Assembly (NCBI GenBank): GCA_964016885.1
Contig: OZ024754.1
Location: 8,990,001-9,054,000, forward strand
Length of the DNA stretch: 64,000 bases
Direction of reading: 5' to 3'
Source of the DNA: Eledone cirrhosa
Taxonomy: Eukaryota
This document shows positions 11,457-30,260 of the stretch, piece by piece. Position 1 is the first letter of the stretch; every line of letters begins with the position of its first letter. The translations under genes were made by a program, and so were the position numbers. The notes below the pieces were generated by a model that saw nothing but the letters and a program-made list of their open reading frames with translations, was not told the DNA's origin and searched no databases.

Positions 11457-11672
11457 CTTCTACCTGGGGTTGCGACCGATAGAAAGTATTAGCAATTGGA
11501 AAGACCAGTATATGAAAAGAGTCAGGGCTCCGGCCGTTTTAACAGCTATATGCGAAACGGCCGGAGCTCAGCCGTCGATGTCCTGACTATTTTCATATTA
11601 CCCAGTCTACTACCCAAAGTATTGGTAGACCTGGTATCTTACCTCACTCTCTTTGTTATATAAATATATATA

Positions 11673-11912
11673 TCCAGCGAACCTCAACCGTTAAGACTGT
11701 CTTTATGCGGGTATGTCAATATTTATAAAACAAATTTGTATTTTATCTAATGAAAGCGCACCATAATTTGCCTTGGTTGCCCTTGAAATATATATAATAA
11801 AATAATTATGGTATAATTAATATATTGAATATTTACTCCACTAACTTGTTGAGTGCTTTATATCAGTTATAAAAATGTTTAAGCTTGTTGAATCCCAACA
11901 AATTAAATATAA
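11673..11912 (+). mobile_element. Old Penelope-like terminal fragment (also 21831..22070)
   Basis: Reverse complement aligns by eye with 61960..62231 (GTTATATTTAA.TTGTTGGG, AACTGATATAAA.GCACTC.ACAA, hammerhead region); flanked by (TA)n. Confidence 0.7.
11739..11804 (+). ncRNA. Type I hammerhead ribozyme relic (core G5>A); also 21897..21962
   Basis: TATTTTAT CTAATGA AAGCGCACCA...TGGTTGCCCTT GAAA TATATA TA ATAAAATA; perfect 8-bp stem I, paired stem II, palindromic stem/loop III. Confidence 0.65.
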
Positions 11913-13611
11913 CCTCTGCATATATATATATATATGTGTGTGTGTGTATTTATAAATATATATATAAGTTAGACAATATATTACACCTCCACATCTGATA
12001 TATACGAATAGGCTATGTAGCCGGTAAAACCAATAGGGTCGCAACACACATCGCTATAGTGTTTCACCAGCCCTTCCTCAATCATTCATAGATGTGTGTG
12101 TATGTAATACTTATTTTGTATAATGTGTCTATAAATATATATCAGTAGATGTGTATGTATCACAAATATTCATCCCCCATCCTTGCTTTGGTCTCAATCT
12201 TCCCCCACTCTCGCTTATTTATTTTTCAGATTTTTCTCACCGCCTCCCCGTACTTAATACACCCATCCTCTGTTTATTAAATTTTTATTTTAAGTGGTAG
12301 CATTTCGGCGACAATTTTCTTTAGACATTAAAAAACATTATACATGACAAAAAAAAAGTACATTATTAGAAATCCCATATGTTATAAAATAAATAAGATG
12401 GGTTGGGGCTCTCACTATGTAAACTAAATGACAGATTCTGGTTTTCTATCTCTGGTGAAATTTTGAAAAATTATCGATTTTCCACCCACCCCTTGCTTAT
12501 TTCTGTTTCAATGTATTTAATATGACAAAAAACACGTGGTCATGTAGGTGTCACACCAAAATGCACACAGTTCACACTCTAAAGTGGTTATGTAGATGTC
12601 ACAACAAAAAGCACCCATGCTTCACTGTAAAGTTGTCCTGTAGGAGTCACGGTAAAAAGCACCCAGCATACACCCTAAATGTGGTTTGTGTTAGGAAGGA
12701 CATCCGGCCATGGAAAAGAAGCCAGAAACAGTTCTGTGTGAGTTAGACATGGTCACCTGGCCTAGCATTGCCTTAAATGGGACAACCCGTCTAATCCAGG
12801 CTAACATGGAAAATGGCTATTAAATGATAACTATATGATTTGTGTGTGTGTAAAGCCCTGCAAATAAACTTCCCACTAATTGTGTCTACAGGAATAACAC
12901 AAGTCATGTTAGTGGGGTGCCTAGAGTAGCCATGTGTGAGGATCCCTTGACTGTTATCAAGCAATTGCACAGCATTTTCCCCTTCCAGGTAGAAAGAACT
13001 GTTACTCAAGGAACTGTCAAGTTACACATCTCAGGTCTCAGACAATTAGTATGTTAGAAAGTCCTATAAGAATGAATTTTGGGGAAAAGACTATAGGGAA
13101 GACCTCCCAAGAGATAAAAGGCTAAAATATATATAGAGCATGCTGGAATACCACTGCTCACATTGGAGAGTATTGCTCTGGACAGGAAAGATATCTACAG
13201 TTTAGCAATATAGAAATATAAAATTTCCACTGTTAAATCTATCTCTGCTTCTTAAGTATTCTCTATTATCTCATACTGTTTCTTTCTTATTTCAGAATAT
13301 CAGATGACGTTGGGATGAATTAATTTTTAATCTTGAATACATCACCTATATTTATCATCATTTCAAGACTAAACTTTTCATACGGAACTGATATAACATT
13401 GTTTATATTAGAATTACTGTGAAAAATTTCTTCAGAACTGTTTATCGCAAAAATTTCGTTTCCTCACCAGCCAAAATATTTATAAGATGATTTTGAATCT
13501 TAACTAAAATTTGATCACAAAGAAGTTTGCATCATCTTCAGATCTTGATTGAGATCACAGTTGGGGGAAATATAGCAGAAGAAATATCTTCAGGAATATA
13601 TATATTTATAA

Positions 13612-15673
<2,062 letters not shown>

Positions 15674-16437
15674 CAAAGTCATATCTCATTATCTCAAAAT
15701 GGTGAATTAATTAGACACAAATACATTCATATAAATGAAAAGCCATACCATTGCTACATTAATTACACCCAAACTGTGATGTCTGTGATAAATCATTCTC
15801 TAAATGTTGTGGCTTCAGTAGACACTAACATATACAGGAGAGGAACCACATCAGTGTTATGTCTGTGGTAAATGATTCTTTTGGACAGGTTACTTAATGC
15901 AAGAGAATCAGACAAGATAAAAACCATATCACTCACCCAAAATAGTGCCACCAATGTTGTAAGTGTTTTGAATAAAACTTGTTTATTCAGAAATTATTCT
16001 CCTTTAATTTTATTTGTAAAAGTTGTAACCAACACCAGTTGTGACAAAACTGCATGGTACAGAATTTACAAACACTATATATATATGAGTGTATATAGAA
16101 ATTATTATCCTTGAATATGATAGTATCTGTATGTGTGTATAATTGTGTGTACGTATGTGTTCTTATATACATGTGTGCATATCTGCAGTGTCTGTTCTAG
16201 CTCTCAGAGTACAAATCCCACTGAGGTGAAGTTGCTTCTATATTTTGAGATCCATAAATGAAATACCAGTGAAATACTGGGGTTGATTCTTCTTTGTCAT
16301 TGTCTGTCTATTCTTCTCTCTTTCTATATATATATCATCATGATCAACGTCTACCTTCCACACTAACATGGGTTAGCTGGGAAAGTCCCACTTGAGGAAA
16401 AAATTGGTCGGGTGACCATGTCTCGCTTGTATAGGGC

Positions 16438-16486
<49 letters not shown>

Positions 16487-17753
16487 CCAGGAGTGAGACA
16501 CGATCTCCTGACCCAACTTATCTCTAAATGGGCCAAACAAAATGAAGACATAACAAATCGTCCTTTATATATATTTGTGTTGGTGCTCTAAAATAGTGAT
16601 GTATATTGTATGTTTATTTAAAACACTTTGAAGGCCTTTCGCTATAAATTTAAGGTAGTGAATATAGTCATATACCTAGCTTCAGTGAAACCAAAGGGAA
16701 ATAACCAATGATCGTTTCTCACATTTTAGTGCTTATCAAGGTTATATATCCCTTCTTTTTGCTGTGAGCTGTAGAAGCTGGATTCTTATAGAATTCCAAT
16801 TATGTGTATGAGCTGTTTAATCTCATTAACATACAGAGTGGTTGCCTTAAGCAAGGTATGTGACATCTGTAACTATCTTGAATTCATAGCGAAAGGGCTT
16901 CAAAATGTTATTTAAAAAAACTATATTATTAACTATAAAATATGTACATTCATATATATATAAACTTAAGCAAATTAACAAGGAGAAGACCAGACAAATT
17001 AGAACAATATTTTAAGGGGAGTTCTTAAAGAATAATTTTTCAAAATAAAAATACAAATGAATGAAATAGAACTCCAGATTCATTGGCTGTTGAGATGGAC
17101 TTGGCCAATTTCAACCCCTACCAATGGTACTGCTGGTCACAGCGTCTGTCACAAGCCAATGCGCTGTCCTGTGGTGTAAGAGATGAGACAACACAATAAT
17201 TTTTTAGCAATTGAGCTACAACAAGTAAACATGGATTTATGTGCTGTCAGGAAAAAGGTATTGTACTTTCATACAACAAAACATGAGTGAAACAAAGAAA
17301 AAGTTGGAAAAAAGGCAAATTGAAGAAAGTAAGATATTGTGTTAAAATATGTAAGCCATTGAAATTAATGAGGGGAGGGGGAGAACAAGTTTATCACAGA
17401 TTAGTAATGATTAACCTAGGTAATTTTAACAAAAGGGGCAAAACATGATACAATTTTTTAAGAGGAAACCTTAAAATATTATTTCTTGAAAATATATACA
17501 TATATCTTTTTCATTTGATTTATATATATATGTTCAGTAGAGATTATCTCGGTAAAAACAAGCGCATTGCCTGCGGCATATCACAAATTTTGAATTTTCA
17601 TCGAGGATTTCATTCTCATAACAAATGCATGGACTACATCTTGGATTGCATAAGAGAACCGTTAAAATAATTATTATGAATGAGCGGTTTATATCACATC
17701 AGCATCTTAATGTTATTCTTATATATATATATATACATATATGTAGGTTTTAT

Positions 17754-18354
17754 ATGTGGCTGATGCTCAGGTGCAGTAAGTAGCAAGTGCCCACTGGATA
17801 CTAGCTCTTTCAACTACCCAGATGGTTCTATAGAAATAGTAGGCACTTTCTGTTATCAGGGTGACAAAATCAACAGTGGAGGAGAGTGTACTGAAAGTAC
17901 AGTAGCCAGAAAAAGAACGGGATGGAAGAAGTTCAGAGAGCTAATACCACTGTTAGCCGCAAAAGGTTTCTCTCTAAAAATGAAAGGCCAATTGTATGAT
18001 GCTTGTATACAAACAACAATGTTACATGGTAGTTAGACCTGGGTCTTGTGTGCACAGATTGGAAAGGAATGAAGCATGCATGCTCCGATGGATGTAATAG
18101 TAATATAGACAAAGGGTAAGTGTACTAAGTGAAAAATTAGGCATAAGAGGGATTAGATGTAGTTTACTAGAGAGGAGATTATGTTGGTATGATCATGTGA
18201 TGCATATGAAGAACGACAGCTCTATAGGGCGTTCAAAATTGATGGAAGACTCATAACGAGGTGATAAAAGCTGACCTTGCACACTTGAACCTCTCTCAGA
18301 CAATGACACAGGATCGAGATGTTTGGCGCTATGCAGTAATACAGAAGCCAACCT
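17754..18354 (+). mobile_element. RTE LINE 3' fragment, unit 3
   Basis: Near-identical to 645..1245. Confidence 0.85.
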
Positions 18355-19466
18355 TCCTTTGTGCACGGACTTCTAGGTACCTTTTAATCCAATATATATT
18401 CCACACACTTACACCTCCCTTCCACTACCACCCACACCACCTTTACTCTGTAAAGTTATATTGGTACCACAAAACATCCAGCTCACACTGGAAATTGATC
18501 GTGTAGGTGTCACGACAAAATGCACCCAGTCCACATTGTAAAATAGTCATGTAGGTTTCGTGACAAAAAGATCTTAGTCTGCACTGTATGAACAAGGCAT
18601 GGTCACCTGACCTAGCATTGCAAACAACAGGGCACTCGTTAAACCCATGCTAGCGTGGAAAAATGGATGTAAAGTGGTGATGATTATATATATATATATA
18701 TTATTGTTTTAACTTCACCTGTTGCAAATTTTTTTATATTGTTTTTGTGAAAAAAAAACAATCTTTTTCGCACACACACACACATTATATGTGTACATAT
18801 ATTTCTTTATTGAGTTTCTACTTTGGGCACAAGGCCAGCGAAATACCTCAGTGGACCACTGGTACTTTATTTTATCGACCTCGTAAGGATGAAAGGCAAA
18901 GTTAACCTCGGCGGATTTGAACTCAGAACGCAAAGGGCCATAACTATGCTATAAAGCATGGTATCTGACGCTCTATCGATACTGCCAAATCACTATATAT
19001 ATATACTTTTGGCACAAGGCCAGCAAATAGCCAGCAAATAAACTGGTACTTTATTTTATCGACCCCGTAAGGATGAAAGGCAAAGTTAACCTTGGTGGGA
19101 TTTGAACTCATAATGGCAAGGGCCGTAACTCTTTGCATCAAAGCATGGCGTCCGAGCCTCTACCGATACTGCCAATCCACTGCCCTTATATATATATAAA
19201 TAGATAATCCCGTTCATTTCTCTTATAATATATATACATATATATAACGTTCTCTTTTTTTTGTTTTATTTCAAGTAACTTACAAGGGATATTCTATGAT
19301 TGACTAGAATCACTTCCAGTGTGTGTATTTATTTACAACATTGATATTCTACACCACATTCGTCATCTATGTGACACTTGTAATGTTATTTTTACAACCA
19401 GGAATAAAATTGTTCTTGAGATATTCACTGCGAACCTGTACTTTCTCTATTTCTTGTTCGGACTTG

Positions 19467-19497
<31 letters not shown>

Positions 19498-20309
19498 ATT
19501 TACTACACCACATTTTTCATCTGTGTGATATTTTTGTAATGTTATTTATACAACCGGGAATAAAATAATTCTTACCCTAACCCTTATTATTCACTGCGAA
19601 CCTGAACTGTTTCTATTTCCTGTCTCACCATCTTCCATTCTTTCATCAATCTCTCGTCATTAATTTCCTACAATCTGAGTTCAAATCCCGCCGAGGTTGA
19701 CTTTGCCTTTCATCCTTACGGGGTCGATAAAATAAAGTACCAGTAATGCACTGGGTAATTGCTGGCCTTGTGCCTAAAGTAGAAACAATTAATTTCCATC
19801 AATTTCTGTCTCCTTTTCTATATTTTATATTTTCAAGGTATTTCAACAATTTTTATAATTTTTACGTTTCTTTCGTTAATTTATTCAGTTTTATATTTAA
19901 AATATTTCTGAGTAACATTTCCTGTATTTTCCGTCTAAATATTGTTTACATATATATATAAATGAGGTATAGAGATTGTTTTAGCGAGAAGCTAATAGTA
20001 TTCTATAACATATATGCGACTATAACGTCAAGATGGGAGAAGTAGTTAACGTAAGATTTAGGAAAAATAAAGATATATAGATATATATAATTAGAAAGTG
20101 AACAACACAAAATATAACTACTCCATTACCAAAGCTTTCTGGATCCCAGATAATAATGATATACGTCTTTTCCTTCGGAATTACCTAATACATATATATA
20201 TATATATATTTGTAGTAATGTTGCTTTGATGCGTCCATAGGTCGTATGCCGTTTGAGCACTATGCCCCTCGATGGAAAACGAAGAATCAGTGAAACAATT
20301 TATTACGTA

Positions 20310-21213
20310 CTAGCAGTAAAGCCCGGCGTTGCTCGGGGTCGCTCAGTAGCTGTGTTAAAGTTACAATGTTAAGTTTCTTTCTTGACTTAAAAACTGTAGT
20401 GTCTACTGTGCAGACTTGCATGTGGTGTTTTTGATTAATATTCCCTCAACCATCAATATGCCTTATGAAGTTAAGAAAACATAACGATAACCCGAATGTT
20501 ATAACCAAAGAGGATGCTGGGGATAGAAACTGCACTGGTTATTTATTAACAAAGATCGAAAATGTAAACACTGCAACGCAGAGAAAAACATTAGCGTAAC
20601 CAAATTATCAGTTATGTCTGTCTGCACGCCTATATCACCTCTCTGCACGACTGTCTGTCTGCACGCCTATATCACCTATCTGCACGACTGTCTGTCTGCA
20701 CGCCTATATCACCTCTCTGCACGACTATCTGTCTGCACGCGTATATCACCTCTCTGCACGACTGTCTGTCTGCACGCCTAACGACGAAATATTTGCTTGT
20801 TTTACGTAGTCTTTAAATAGACTTGTTTTCAAGTAAAAATATTGTTTTAAAATGCTTTTAAATGGAAATGAAGCAAAACGGAAGCTTAGTGTTCGAACTG
20901 ATGAATTTTGCAGGTCAATATTTTGCTGGCTCGACAACTGTTCGTGAGAAAGCCAGCGTAATTTTTTACGTAAGACGCTCAATGTAAACAGAACAAAGGG
21001 AAATAACTGATAACTTACGCTCAAAAATCGATACATTATATTCGATTTCGTCACATAGGGTGGGTCAATTTGAAATTTTTTTTTCCCGATGTCTTCGCTA
21101 GGGCTCAATGTACAAGTATAGCAATTTCGGTGCAATTCCGTGAGAGATTCTAAGAGGAGATGTGTGCCAAAAATCGATAGACAGACAGACAACCACAGTT
21201 TTATATATATAGA
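20310..21213 (-). mobile_element. Non-autonomous Helitron, unit 3 copy
   Basis: Matches 10152..11055 at offset 10158. Confidence 0.88.
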
Positions 21214-21420
21214 TTACAATTGTTTTTCCAGCGAAAAGCTCCAGGTGTGATCTATTCGCCAGAGAAACAATTGTAATACGTAATTGTGTTCCGATACATC
21301 ACTGATTCTTCGTTTTCCATATATAAATATATATATAAGTTTATCACGGTTCAATCGGGGGTAACCACAGTAAGTAAGGTACTCAATACAAAGCAGAGTA
21401 TAAATATTTAATATAGAAAA

Positions 21421-21471
21421 GGCTTCTACAGGACTAGAACTGTTTCCTTCGGGAAAAATTATCAGGAAGCC
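21421..21471 (-). ncRNA. Type I hammerhead ribozyme relic, unit 3 copy
   Basis: Same as 11263..11313. Confidence 0.6.
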
Positions 21472-23769
21472 CTATATATATATATATATGAAAAGTGAAG
21501 GCGCGTGGCTGAGTAGTTAGTGAATTGGACTCTCAATCGTAAGGTTGTGAGTTCGATTCCCGGACCGAGCGATGCGTTATGTCCTTGGGCAAGACACTGT
21601 ATTTCACGTTGCTCCTTCTACCTGGGGTTGCGACCGATAGAAAGTATTAGCAATTGGAAAGACCAGTATATGAAAAGAGTCAGGGCTCCGGCCGTTTTAA
21701 CAGCTATATGCGAAACGGCCGGAGCTCAGCCGTCGATGTCCTGACTATTTTCATATTACCCAGTCTACTACCCAAAGTATTGGTAGACCTGGTATCTTAC
21801 CTCACTCTCTTTGTTATATAAATATATATATCCAGCGAACCTCAACCGTTAAGACTGTCTTTATGCGGGTATGTCAATATTTATAAAACAAATTTGTATT
21901 TTATCTAATGAAAGCGCACCATAATTTGCCTTGGTTGCCCTTGAAATATATATAATAAAATAATTATGGTATAATTAATATATTGAATATTTACTCCACT
22001 AACTTGTTGAGTGCTTTATATCAGTTATAAAAATGTTTAAGCTTGTTGAATCCCAACAAATTAAATATAACCTCTGCATATATATATATATATGTGTGTG
22101 TGTGTATTTATAAATATATATATAAGTTAGACAATATATTACACCTCCACATCTGATATATACGAATAGGCTATGTAGCCGGTAAAACCAATAGGGTCGC
22201 AACACACATCGCTATAGTGTTTCACCAGCCCTTCCTCAATCATTCATAGATGTGTGTGTATGTAATACTTATTTTGTATAATGTGTCTATAAATATATAT
22301 CAGTAGATGTGTATGTATCACAAATATTCATCCCCCATCCTTGCTTTGGTCTCAATCTTCCCCCACTCTCGCTTATTTATTTTTCAGATTTTTCTCACCG
22401 CCTCCCCGTACTTAATACACCCATCCTCTGTTTATTAAATTTTTATTTTAAGTGGTAGCATTTCGGCGACAATTTTCTTTAGACATTAAAAAACATTATA
22501 CATGACAAAAAAAAAGTACATTATTAGAAATCCCATATGTTATAAAATAAATAAGATGGGTTGGGGCTCTCACTATGTAAACTAAATGACAGATTCTGGT
22601 TTTCTATCTCTGGTGAAATTTTGAAAAATTATCGATTTTCCACCCACCCCTTGCTTATTTCTGTTTCAATGTATTTAATATGACAAAAAACACGTGGTCA
22701 TGTAGGTGTCACACCAAAATGCACACAGTTCACACTCTAAAGTGGTTATGTAGATGTCACAACAAAAAGCACCCATGCTTCACTGTAAAGTTGTCCTGTA
22801 GGAGTCACGGTAAAAAGCACCCAGCATACACCCTAAATGTGGTTTGTGTTAGGAAGGACATCCGGCCATGGAAAAGAAGCCAGAAACAGTTCTGTGTGAG
22901 TTAGACATGGTCACCTGGCCTAGCATTGCCTTAAATGGGACAACCCGTCTAATCCAGGCTAACATGGAAAATGGCTATTAAATGATAACTATATGATTTG
23001 TGTGTGTGTAAAGCCCTGCAAATAAACTTCCCACTAATTGTGTCTACAGGAATAACACAAGTCATGTTAGTGGGGTGCCTAGAGTAGCCATGTGTGAGGA
23101 TCCCTTGACTGTTATCAAGCAATTGCACAGCATTTTCCCCTTCCAGGTAGAAAGAACTGTTACTCAAGGAACTGTCAAGTTACACATCTCAGGTCTCAGA
23201 CAATTAGTATGTTAGAAAGTCCTATAAGAATGAATTTTGGGGAAAAGACTATAGGGAAGACCTCCCAAGAGATAAAAGGCTAAAATATATATAGAGCATG
23301 CTGGAATACCACTGCTCACATTGGAGAGTATTGCTCTGGACAGGAAAGATATCTACAGTTTAGCAATATAGAAATATAAAATTTCCACTGTTAAATCTAT
23401 CTCTGCTTCTTAAGTATTCTCTATTATCTCATACTGTTTCTTTCTTATTTCAGAATATCAGATGACGTTGGGATGAATTAATTTTTAATCTTGAATACAT
23501 CACCTATATTTATCATCATTTCAAGACTAAACTTTTCATACGGAACTGATATAACATTGTTTATATTAGAATTACTGTGAAAAATTTCTTCAGAACTGTT
23601 TATCGCAAAAATTTCGTTTCCTCACCAGCCAAAATATTTATAAGATGATTTTGAATCTTAACTAAAATTTGATCACAAAGAAGTTTGCATCATCTTCAGA
23701 TCTTGATTGAGATCACAGTTGGGGGAAATATAGCAGAAGAAATATCTTCAGGAATATATATATTTATAA

Positions 23770-25831
<2,062 letters not shown>

Positions 25832-26595
25832 CAAAGTCATATCTCATTATCTCAAAATGGTGAATTAATTAGACACAAATACATTCATATAAATGAAAAG
25901 CCATACCATTGCTACATTAATTACACCCAAACTGTGATGTCTGTGATAAATCATTCTCTAAATGTTGTGGCTTCAGTAGACACTAACATATACAGGAGAG
26001 GAACCACATCAGTGTTATGTCTGTGGTAAATGATTCTTTTGGACAGGTTACTTAATGCAAGAGAATCAGACAAGATAAAAACCATATCACTCACCCAAAA
26101 TAGTGCCACCAATGTTGTAAGTGTTTTGAATAAAACTTGTTTATTCAGAAATTATTCTCCTTTAATTTTATTTGTAAAAGTTGTAACCAACACCAGTTGT
26201 GACAAAACTGCATGGTACAGAATTTACAAACACTATATATATATGAGTGTATATAGAAATTATTATCCTTGAATATGATAGTATCTGTATGTGTGTATAA
26301 TTGTGTGTACGTATGTGTTCTTATATACATGTGTGCATATCTGCAGTGTCTGTTCTAGCTCTCAGAGTACAAATCCCACTGAGGTGAAGTTGCTTCTATA
26401 TTTTGAGATCCATAAATGAAATACCAGTGAAATACTGGGGTTGATTCTTCTTTGTCATTGTCTGTCTATTCTTCTCTCTTTCTATATATATATCATCATG
26501 ATCAACGTCTACCTTCCACACTAACATGGGTTAGCTGGGAAAGTCCCACTTGAGGAAAAAATTGGTCGGGTGACCATGTCTCGCTTGTATAGGGC

Positions 26596-26644
<49 letters not shown>

Positions 26645-27911
26645 CCAGGAGTGAGACACGATCTCCTGACCCAACTTATCTCTAAATGGGCCAAACAAAA
26701 TGAAGACATAACAAATCGTCCTTTATATATATTTGTGTTGGTGCTCTAAAATAGTGATGTATATTGTATGTTTATTTAAAACACTTTGAAGGCCTTTCGC
26801 TATAAATTTAAGGTAGTGAATATAGTCATATACCTAGCTTCAGTGAAACCAAAGGGAAATAACCAATGATCGTTTCTCACATTTTAGTGCTTATCAAGGT
26901 TATATATCCCTTCTTTTTGCTGTGAGCTGTAGAAGCTGGATTCTTATAGAATTCCAATTATGTGTATGAGCTGTTTAATCTCATTAACATACAGAGTGGT
27001 TGCCTTAAGCAAGGTATGTGACATCTGTAACTATCTTGAATTCATAGCGAAAGGGCTTCAAAATGTTATTTAAAAAAACTATATTATTAACTATAAAATA
27101 TGTACATTCATATATATATAAACTTAAGCAAATTAACAAGGAGAAGACCAGACAAATTAGAACAATATTTTAAGGGGAGTTCTTAAAGAATAATTTTTCA
27201 AAATAAAAATACAAATGAATGAAATAGAACTCCAGATTCATTGGCTGTTGAGATGGACTTGGCCAATTTCAACCCCTACCAATGGTACTGCTGGTCACAG
27301 CGTCTGTCACAAGCCAATGCGCTGTCCTGTGGTGTAAGAGATGAGACAACACAATAATTTTTTAGCAATTGAGCTACAACAAGTAAACATGGATTTATGT
27401 GCTGTCAGGAAAAAGGTATTGTACTTTCATACAACAAAACATGAGTGAAACAAAGAAAAAGTTGGAAAAAAGGCAAATTGAAGAAAGTAAGATATTGTGT
27501 TAAAATATGTAAGCCATTGAAATTAATGAGGGGAGGGGGAGAACAAGTTTATCACAGATTAGTAATGATTAACCTAGGTAATTTTAACAAAAGGGGCAAA
27601 ACATGATACAATTTTTTAAGAGGAAACCTTAAAATATTATTTCTTGAAAATATATACATATATCTTTTTCATTTGATTTATATATATATGTTCAGTAGAG
27701 ATTATCTCGGTAAAAACAAGCGCATTGCCTGCGGCATATCACAAATTTTGAATTTTCATCGAGGATTTCATTCTCATAACAAATGCATGGACTACATCTT
27801 GGATTGCATAAGAGAACCGTTAAAATAATTATTATGAATGAGCGGTTTATATCACATCAGCATCTTAATGTTATTCTTATATATATATATATACATATAT
27901 GTAGGTTTTAT

Positions 27912-28512
27912 ATGTGGCTGATGCTCAGGTGCAGTAAGTAGCAAGTGCCCACTGGATACTAGCTCTTTCAACTACCCAGATGGTTCTATAGAAATAGTAG
28001 GCACTTTCTGTTATCAGGGTGACAAAATCAACAGTGGAGGAGAGTGTACTGAAAGTACAGTAGCCAGAAAAAGAACGGGATGGAAGAAGTTCAGAGAGCT
28101 AATACCACTGTTAGCCGCAAAAGGTTTCTCTCTAAAAATGAAAGGCCAATTGTATGATGCTTGTATACAAACAACAATGTTACATGGTAGTTAGACCTGG
28201 GTCTTGTGTGCACAGATTGGAAAGGAATGAAGCATGCATGCTCCGATGGATGTAATAGTAATATAGACAAAGGGTAAGTGTACTAAGTGAAAAATTAGGC
28301 ATAAGAGGGATTAGATGTAGTTTACTAGAGAGGAGATTATGTTGGTATGATCATGTGATGCATATGAAGAACGACAGCTCTATAGGGCGTTCAAAATTGA
28401 TGGAAGACTCATAACGAGGTGATAAAAGCTGACCTTGCACACTTGAACCTCTCTCAGACAATGACACAGGATCGAGATGTTTGGCGCTATGCAGTAATAC
28501 AGAAGCCAACCT
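27912..28512 (+). mobile_element. RTE LINE 3' fragment, unit 4
   Basis: Near-identical to 645..1245. Confidence 0.85.
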
Positions 28513-29629
28513 TCCTTTGTGCACGGACTTCTAGGTACCTTTTAATCCAATATATATTCCACACACTTACACCTCCCTTCCACTACCACCCACACCACCT
28601 TTACTCTGTAAAGTTATATTGGTACCACAAAACATCCAGCTCACACTGGAAATTGATCGTGTAGGTGTCACGACAAAATGCACCCAGTCCACATTGTAAA
28701 ATAGTCATGTAGGTTTCGTGACAAAAAGATCTTAGTCTGCACTGTATGAACAAGGCATGGTCACCTGACCTAGCATTGCAAACAACAGGGCACTCGTTAA
28801 ACCCATGCTAGCGTGGAAAAATGGATGTAAAGTGGTGATGATTATATATATATATATATTATTGTTTTAACTTCACCTGTTGCAAATTTTTTTATATTGT
28901 TTTTGTGAAAAAAAAACAATCTTTTTCGCACACACACACACATTATATGTGTACATATATTTCTTTATTGAGTTTCTACTTTGGGCACAAGGCCAGCGAA
29001 ATACCTCAGTGGACCACTGGTACTTTATTTTATCGACCTCGTAAGGATGAAAGGCAAAGTTAACCTCGGCGGATTTGAACTCAGAACGCAAAGGGCCATA
29101 ACTATGCTATAAAGCATGGTATCTGACGCTCTATCGATACTGCCAAATCACTATATATATATACTTTTGGCACAAGGCCAGCAAATAGCCAGCAAATAAA
29201 CTGGTACTTTATTTTATCGACCCCGTAAGGATGAAAGGCAAAGTTAACCTTGGTGGGATTTGAACTCATAATGGCAAGGGCCGTAACTCTTTGCATCAAA
29301 GCATGGCGTCCGAGCCTCTACCGATACTGCCAATCCACCGCCCTTGTATATATATAAATAGATAATCCCGTTCATTTCTCTTATAATATATATACATATA
29401 TATAACGTTCTCTTTTTTTTTTTTGTTTTATTTCAAGTAACTTACAAGGGATATTCTATGATTGACTAGAATCACTTCCAGTGTGTGTATTTATTTACAA
29501 CATTGATATTCTACACCACATTCGTCATCTATGTGACACTTGTAATGTTATTTTTACAACCAGGAATAAAATTGTTCTTGAGATATTCACTGCGAACCTG
29601 TACTTTCTCTATTTCTTGTTCGGACTTGG

Positions 29630-29660
<31 letters not shown>

Positions 29661-29971
29661 TATTTACTACACCACATTTTTCATCTGTGTGATATTTTTG
29701 TAATGTTATTTATACAACCGGGAATAAAATAATTCTTACCCTAAACCTTATTATTCACTGCGAACCTGATCTGTTTCTATTTCCTGTCTCACCATCTTCC
29801 ATTCTTTCATCAATCTCTCGTCATTAATTTTTATCAATTCCTGTCTCCTTTTCTATATTTTCAAGGTATTTCAAATTTTTTTATAATTTTTACGTTTCTT
29901 TCGTTAATTTATTCAGTTTTATATTTAAAATATTTCTGAGTAACTTTTCCTGTATTTTCCGTCTAAATATT

Positions 29972-30008
<37 letters not shown>

Positions 30009-30094
30009 CAAGTAAGACCCCGACGGTTGAGCTCAAGCCGTTTCGACGGCTAATTCTGGACTTTGAGCTCAGCCGTCGGGGTCTTACTTGTTCC

Positions 30095-30125
<31 letters not shown>

Positions 30126-30224
30126 AATATTTAGACGGAAAATACAAAATATAACTACTCCATTACCAAAGGTTTCTGGATCCCAGATAATAATGATATA
30201 CGTCTTTTCCTTCGGAATTACCTA

Positions 30225-30260
<36 letters not shown>

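Noticed and set aside
12040-12085. Minus-strand TTGAGGA...GAAAC motif
   Set aside because: Stem II does not pair and there is no clear cleavage triplet or stem I.
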